36,646 nt of DNA, taken from contig JAZQWX010000075.1 in the NCBI GenBank assembly GCA_045632565.1, positions 1 through 36,646 of the forward strand, read 5' to 3'. Source of the DNA: Eubacteriales bacterium. GTDB taxonomy: Bacteria > Bacillota > Clostridia > Oscillospirales > CAG-272. Under the pieces are notes generated by a model. It was not told the DNA's origin. It ran no database searches and saw nothing but the letters and a program-made list of their open reading frames with translations. This document shows, piece by piece, positions 33,999 to 36,646 of the stretch; within the stretch, counting starts at the first letter, position 1, and every line of letters begins with the position of its first letter. Made by a program: the position numbers and the translations under genes.

Positions 33999-35324
33999 TT
34001 GCTTTTTACTGAACAGAACGATCGCATGATCTGCGAAAATCTATCCCGCAACGAAGCAGGTGAGCTTTGCTTTGCCGGTATGCCGCTTTCCCCGCTTGCG
34101 GCGCAGTATGGTACGCCCCTCTACCTCTATGACGAGGCACGCATCCGCGAGCGTTGCCGCACCTATCTTGATGCGGTACGCGAGGCCTTTGGCGGTCGCG
34201 GACACGTGCTGTACGCCTCCAAGGCGGCCTCCTTCCGCCGTCTTTATGAGATCATGCGCGAGGAGGGCATGGGCATTGACGTGGTGTCCTGCGGCGAGAT
34301 CTATTCAGCCGCTTCGGCGGGCTTCCCCTTGGAAAAGGCTTACTTCCATTCCAACAACAAGACTGACGCCGACGTAGCGTATGCCATGGAGCATGGTGTT
34401 GGTTACTTTGTGGTGGACAACGCCGAGGAGCTGTACGCCATTGATCGCACGGCTGCCGAGCGCGGTATTCATCAGAGAGTACTGCTTCGTCTGACCCCCG
34501 GTATTGATCCGCACACCTATGCAGCGGTCAGCACGGGCAAGGTAGATTCCAAATTTGGCTCGGCCATTGAAACGGGTCAGGCAGAGGAAATGGTGCGCCT
34601 TGCGCTTTCCTTGCCCCACGTGGATCTGCGCGGCTTCCACTGTCACGTAGGATCGCAGGTCTTTGACTCCGACGTGTACCTGCGCGCGGCCGACGTGATG
34701 CTCTCCTTTGTGGCACATATTGCAAAAAACTACGGTTATACCGCGGCAGAGCTGGATATCGGCGGCGGTTACGGCGTCCGTTACATTGAGGAACAGCCGA
34801 CCATCGATATCGCTGCCAACATTGCCGAGGTGGGACGGTACATGACGGCGCGCGCCGAGGAGCTGGGGATTACGCTCCCCGAAGTAGCCTTTGAGCCGGG
34901 TAGAAGCATCGTGGCCGATGCAGGGCTTACCCTGTACACGGTGGGCACGGTCAAGCGCATTCCCGGCTACAAGACCTACGTTTCGGTAGACGGTGGTATG
35001 ACGGATAACCCGCGCTACGCGCTCTACGGTTCGCCCTACACCATTCTGCCTGTTTGCGGCAAAGACGATGCCGAAGAAGAGGTTTGCTCGGTGGTCGGAC
35101 GTTGCTGTGAAAGCGGCGACATTTTGCAGGAGGGGATCTCCCTGCCTGCTGACATTGGTCGCGGTGATCTTTTAGCCTGCCTGACGACGGGTGCCTATCA
35201 CTATTCGATGGCTTCCAACTACAACAAAATTCCGCGTCCCCCTGTGGTGATGCTGCGGGATGGCGACAGCTACGTGGCGGTACGCCGCGAAACGCCCGAG
35301 CATCTTTCGGCACTGGACGTATAA
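33999..35324 (+). CDS. lysA: Diaminopimelate decarboxylase
   Basis: ...YGTPLYLYDE..., the PLP Lys region ...VLYASKA..., ...GFHCHVGSQ..., ...DIGGGYGV... and ...EPGRSIVA... are present. The start is uncertain. TTG 33999 sits 8 nt after AGGAGA and is preferred. Alternatives are GTG 33975 (overlaps the ddh stop) and ATG 34026 (no SD). Confidence 0.9.
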   Translation: MLFTEQNDRMICENLSRNEAGELCFAGMPLSPLAAQYGTPLYLYDEARIRERCRTYLDAVREAFGGRGHVLYASKAASFRRLYEIMREEGMGIDVVSCGEIYSAASAGFPLEKAYFHSNNKTDADVAYAMEHGVGYFVVDNAEELYAIDRTAAERGIHQRVLLRLTPGIDPHTYAAVSTGKVDSKFGSAIETGQAEEMVRLALSLPHVDLRGFHCHVGSQVFDSDVYLRAADVMLSFVAHIAKNYGYTAAELDIGGGYGVRYIEEQPTIDIAANIAEVGRYMTARAEELGITLPEVAFEPGRSIVADAGLTLYTVGTVKRIPGYKTYVSVDGGMTDNPRYALYGSPYTILPVCGKDDAEEEVCSVVGRCCESGDILQEGISLPADIGRGDLLACLTTGAYHYSMASNYNKIPRPPVVMLRDGDSYVAVRRETPEHLSALDV

Positions 35325-35325
35325 G

Positions 35326-35358
35326 AAAAAGGCGATTGCCTCAGCAATCGCCTTTTTC
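35326..35358. terminator. Bidirectional terminator between lysA and the convergent reductase gene
   Basis: Perfect 9-bp stem GGCGATTGC-ctca-GCAATCGCC flanked by A5 and T5. Confidence 0.85.
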
Positions 35359-36285
35359 TTATACCTGCTCCAACACAGCGAGGGAGGCTTCTAACGTTTC
35401 CATACGAGAAGGACCGATGATGGGAACGGTATCAAAGTCGGGGTTGTTCAAGAGGGGCAACAGGCCAAGGGCTGTGGGCGAGAGGCCCGTTTTTGCCGCC
35501 CTTATTTGCAGCTCGGCGAGGCGCGCACGGTTGACTTCGTTATCAAACTTGGCGCGATAGGCGGGTGGGAGATTGTCAATTCCCTTTTCGGCCGCGCGGG
35601 AGAAAAAGCCCTGCGCCTGTGAGGAAAAGGCCATCAGCGTGAGGTCGCTTTCCCGATAAGCGGCATACTCTTCCCTGTTCATGATGACCTGGGTATCGTC
35701 CTCAAAGCGCTCGGCGTTGATCTCGGCGTAGCTGTACATGATCTGCGAGAAGGTGAAGGGGGTCAAGCCGTTTGCTTTGGCAAAGGCGTTGGCCTCGGCA
35801 ATGCGAGAGGCGCGCCAATTCGACGCACCGAGAAAACGCGTTTTTCCTGCTGCCACCAGCCCGTGAAGCGTGGGCATGATCTCGGAAACAGGAACGCTTT
35901 CATCGTCACGGTGCAGAAAATAGATATCCACGTGATCGGTGGCAAGGGTCGCAAGACTCTCTTCCATATCAAAAAGAATGGCCGCACGGTTCACGCGCGG
36001 AGAGTGTAGGTTTCCCATCGGGGGATGTGCGCCCTTGGTGGAGATCAAAACGGAATCACGAAGACCGCGCGAGGCGATCCATTCCCCAAGCGTGCGCTCG
36101 GACGCGCCGTGACCGTTCGCAAGCCCATCTGCGTACACGCGGGCGGTATCAAACAAATTGCCGCCTGCCGCGTAATATCGGTCAAGCAGCGAAAAGGCCG
36201 TTTCCCGATCAACGGCCGAGCCGAAGCCCGCCGTACCGAGCGAGAGCTTTGCCATTTTTATGCCGTGCTTTTCAAGATAGATCAT
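35359..36285 (-). CDS. Aldo/keto reductase
   Basis: Start set to ATG 36285 behind AAGAGG; the upstream part of the track ORF overlaps the neighbouring gene. ...LFDTARVYA...SERTLGEW..., ...LISTKG... and ...DIYFLHRDD... are AKR motifs. Confidence 0.85.
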   Translation of the reverse strand: MIYLEKHGIKMAKLSLGTAGFGSAVDRETAFSLLDRYYAAGGNLFDTARVYADGLANGHGASERTLGEWIASRGLRDSVLISTKGAHPPMGNLHSPRVNRAAILFDMEESLATLATDHVDIYFLHRDDESVPVSEIMPTLHGLVAAGKTRFLGASNWRASRIAEANAFAKANGLTPFTFSQIMYSYAEINAERFEDDTQVIMNREEYAAYRESDLTLMAFSSQAQGFFSRAAEKGIDNLPPAYRAKFDNEVNRARLAELQIRAAKTGLSPTALGLLPLLNNPDFDTVPIIGPSRMETLEASLAVLEQV

Positions 36286-36304
36286 AAAAACCTCTTTTAT
36301 AAGG

Positions 36305-36330
36305 AATGCCGCTTCGAACGAAGCGGCATT
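36305..36330 (-). terminator. Palindromic GC-rich hairpin between the isomerase and reductase genes (weak terminator candidate)
   Basis: AATGCCGCTTCG-aa-CGAAGCGGCATT. No clear U-tract follows on the minus-strand transcript, so a terminator function is uncertain. Confidence 0.35.
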
Positions 36331-36334
36331 TGAT

Positions 36335-36646
36335 TTACCAAAGATTTTTGACGTGCGCGATCGAGCGCTGCATAGAGGCGTCGTCCGCACCATACTCGAT
36401 GCTGAAAGCACCTTGGTAGTCGATCCCATGCAGAACCGCAAAGGCTTCCTTGAAATCCAGATTGCCTTGACCGATCTCACAGTCATACATATGCGTGCCG
36501 CCGACCGAGGTGTAATAGTGAACACCCGTGGGCACTTCTTTTGTCAGGATGTAATCCTTGAGGTGGACGTGGCGGATATCGTTTTTAAAGTGGGCAAACA
36601 CGTCCGCAGCGGCCTCGTCCATTTCACGGCAGTTGCCGATATCGGC
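36335..36646 (-). CDS. Sugar phosphate isomerase/epimerase (xylose-isomerase-like TIM barrel), C-terminal part, truncated by the window end
   Basis: ...HVHLKDY...IGQGNLDFKEAFAVLHGIDYQGAFSIEY... is typical of the AP_endonuc_2 / xylose isomerase-like family. The ORF is open to the window edge. Confidence 0.75.
   Translation of the reverse strand, partial: ADIGNCREMDEAAADVFAHFKNDIRHVHLKDYILTKEVPTGVHYYTSVGGTHMYDCEIGQGNLDFKEAFAVLHGIDYQGAFSIEYGADDASMQRSIAHVKNLW

Overview
Chromosomal segment from an endospore-forming Firmicute of the Clostridia type. This is inferred from spoIVA, a DUF421/DUF4363 pair, a SigH-like sigma factor and a clostridial-looking 16S 5' end. GC is moderately high and the intergenic spacers are AT-rich.

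Gene content in order:
- 1-800: the 5' ~375 nt of a 16S rRNA gene (minus strand), driven by two tandem near-consensus promoters.
- 810-1846: DUF421/DUF4363 pair.
- 1843-9424 (minus strand): a SigH-like sigma factor, a zinc-ribbon protein, rlmB, a 1023-aa protein, and the TIGR03960/TIGR03936 radical-SAM pair. The 1023-aa protein joins a polyacidic disordered N-terminal half to a degenerate P-type-ATPase-like membrane core.
- 9516-12029: DUF4364 protein and an orphan family-5 ABC substrate-binding lipoprotein.
- 12396-17929: spoIVA behind a sigma-E-type promoter, a dNMP-kinase-like P-loop protein, galM plus a zinc-ribbon membrane protein, a GNAT and manA.
- 18103-22948: a YfhO-family membrane protein overlapping a DUF951 gene, then ruvAB.
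- 23173-25421: rpmG-secE-nusG-rplK-rplA.
- 25540-30912: a sugar-type locus with an uncharacterised 705-aa TIM-barrel-glycosidase-like protein, an AraC regulator, a Gfo/Idh/MocA oxidoreductase and an MFS transporter.
- 31017-35358: a lysine-riboswitch-controlled dapA-dapB-ddh-lysA operon.
- 35359-36646: an aldo/keto reductase and a partial sugar-phosphate isomerase/epimerase.

I could recognise no CRISPR array, IS element, integrase, prophage or classical defence genes.

The most unusual content is the rlmB / pseudo-ATPase / radical-SAM operon and the uncharacterised glycosidase-like locus. Everything else is housekeeping with some interesting regulatory architecture. All homology calls come from motif and sequence recollection, not database searches.
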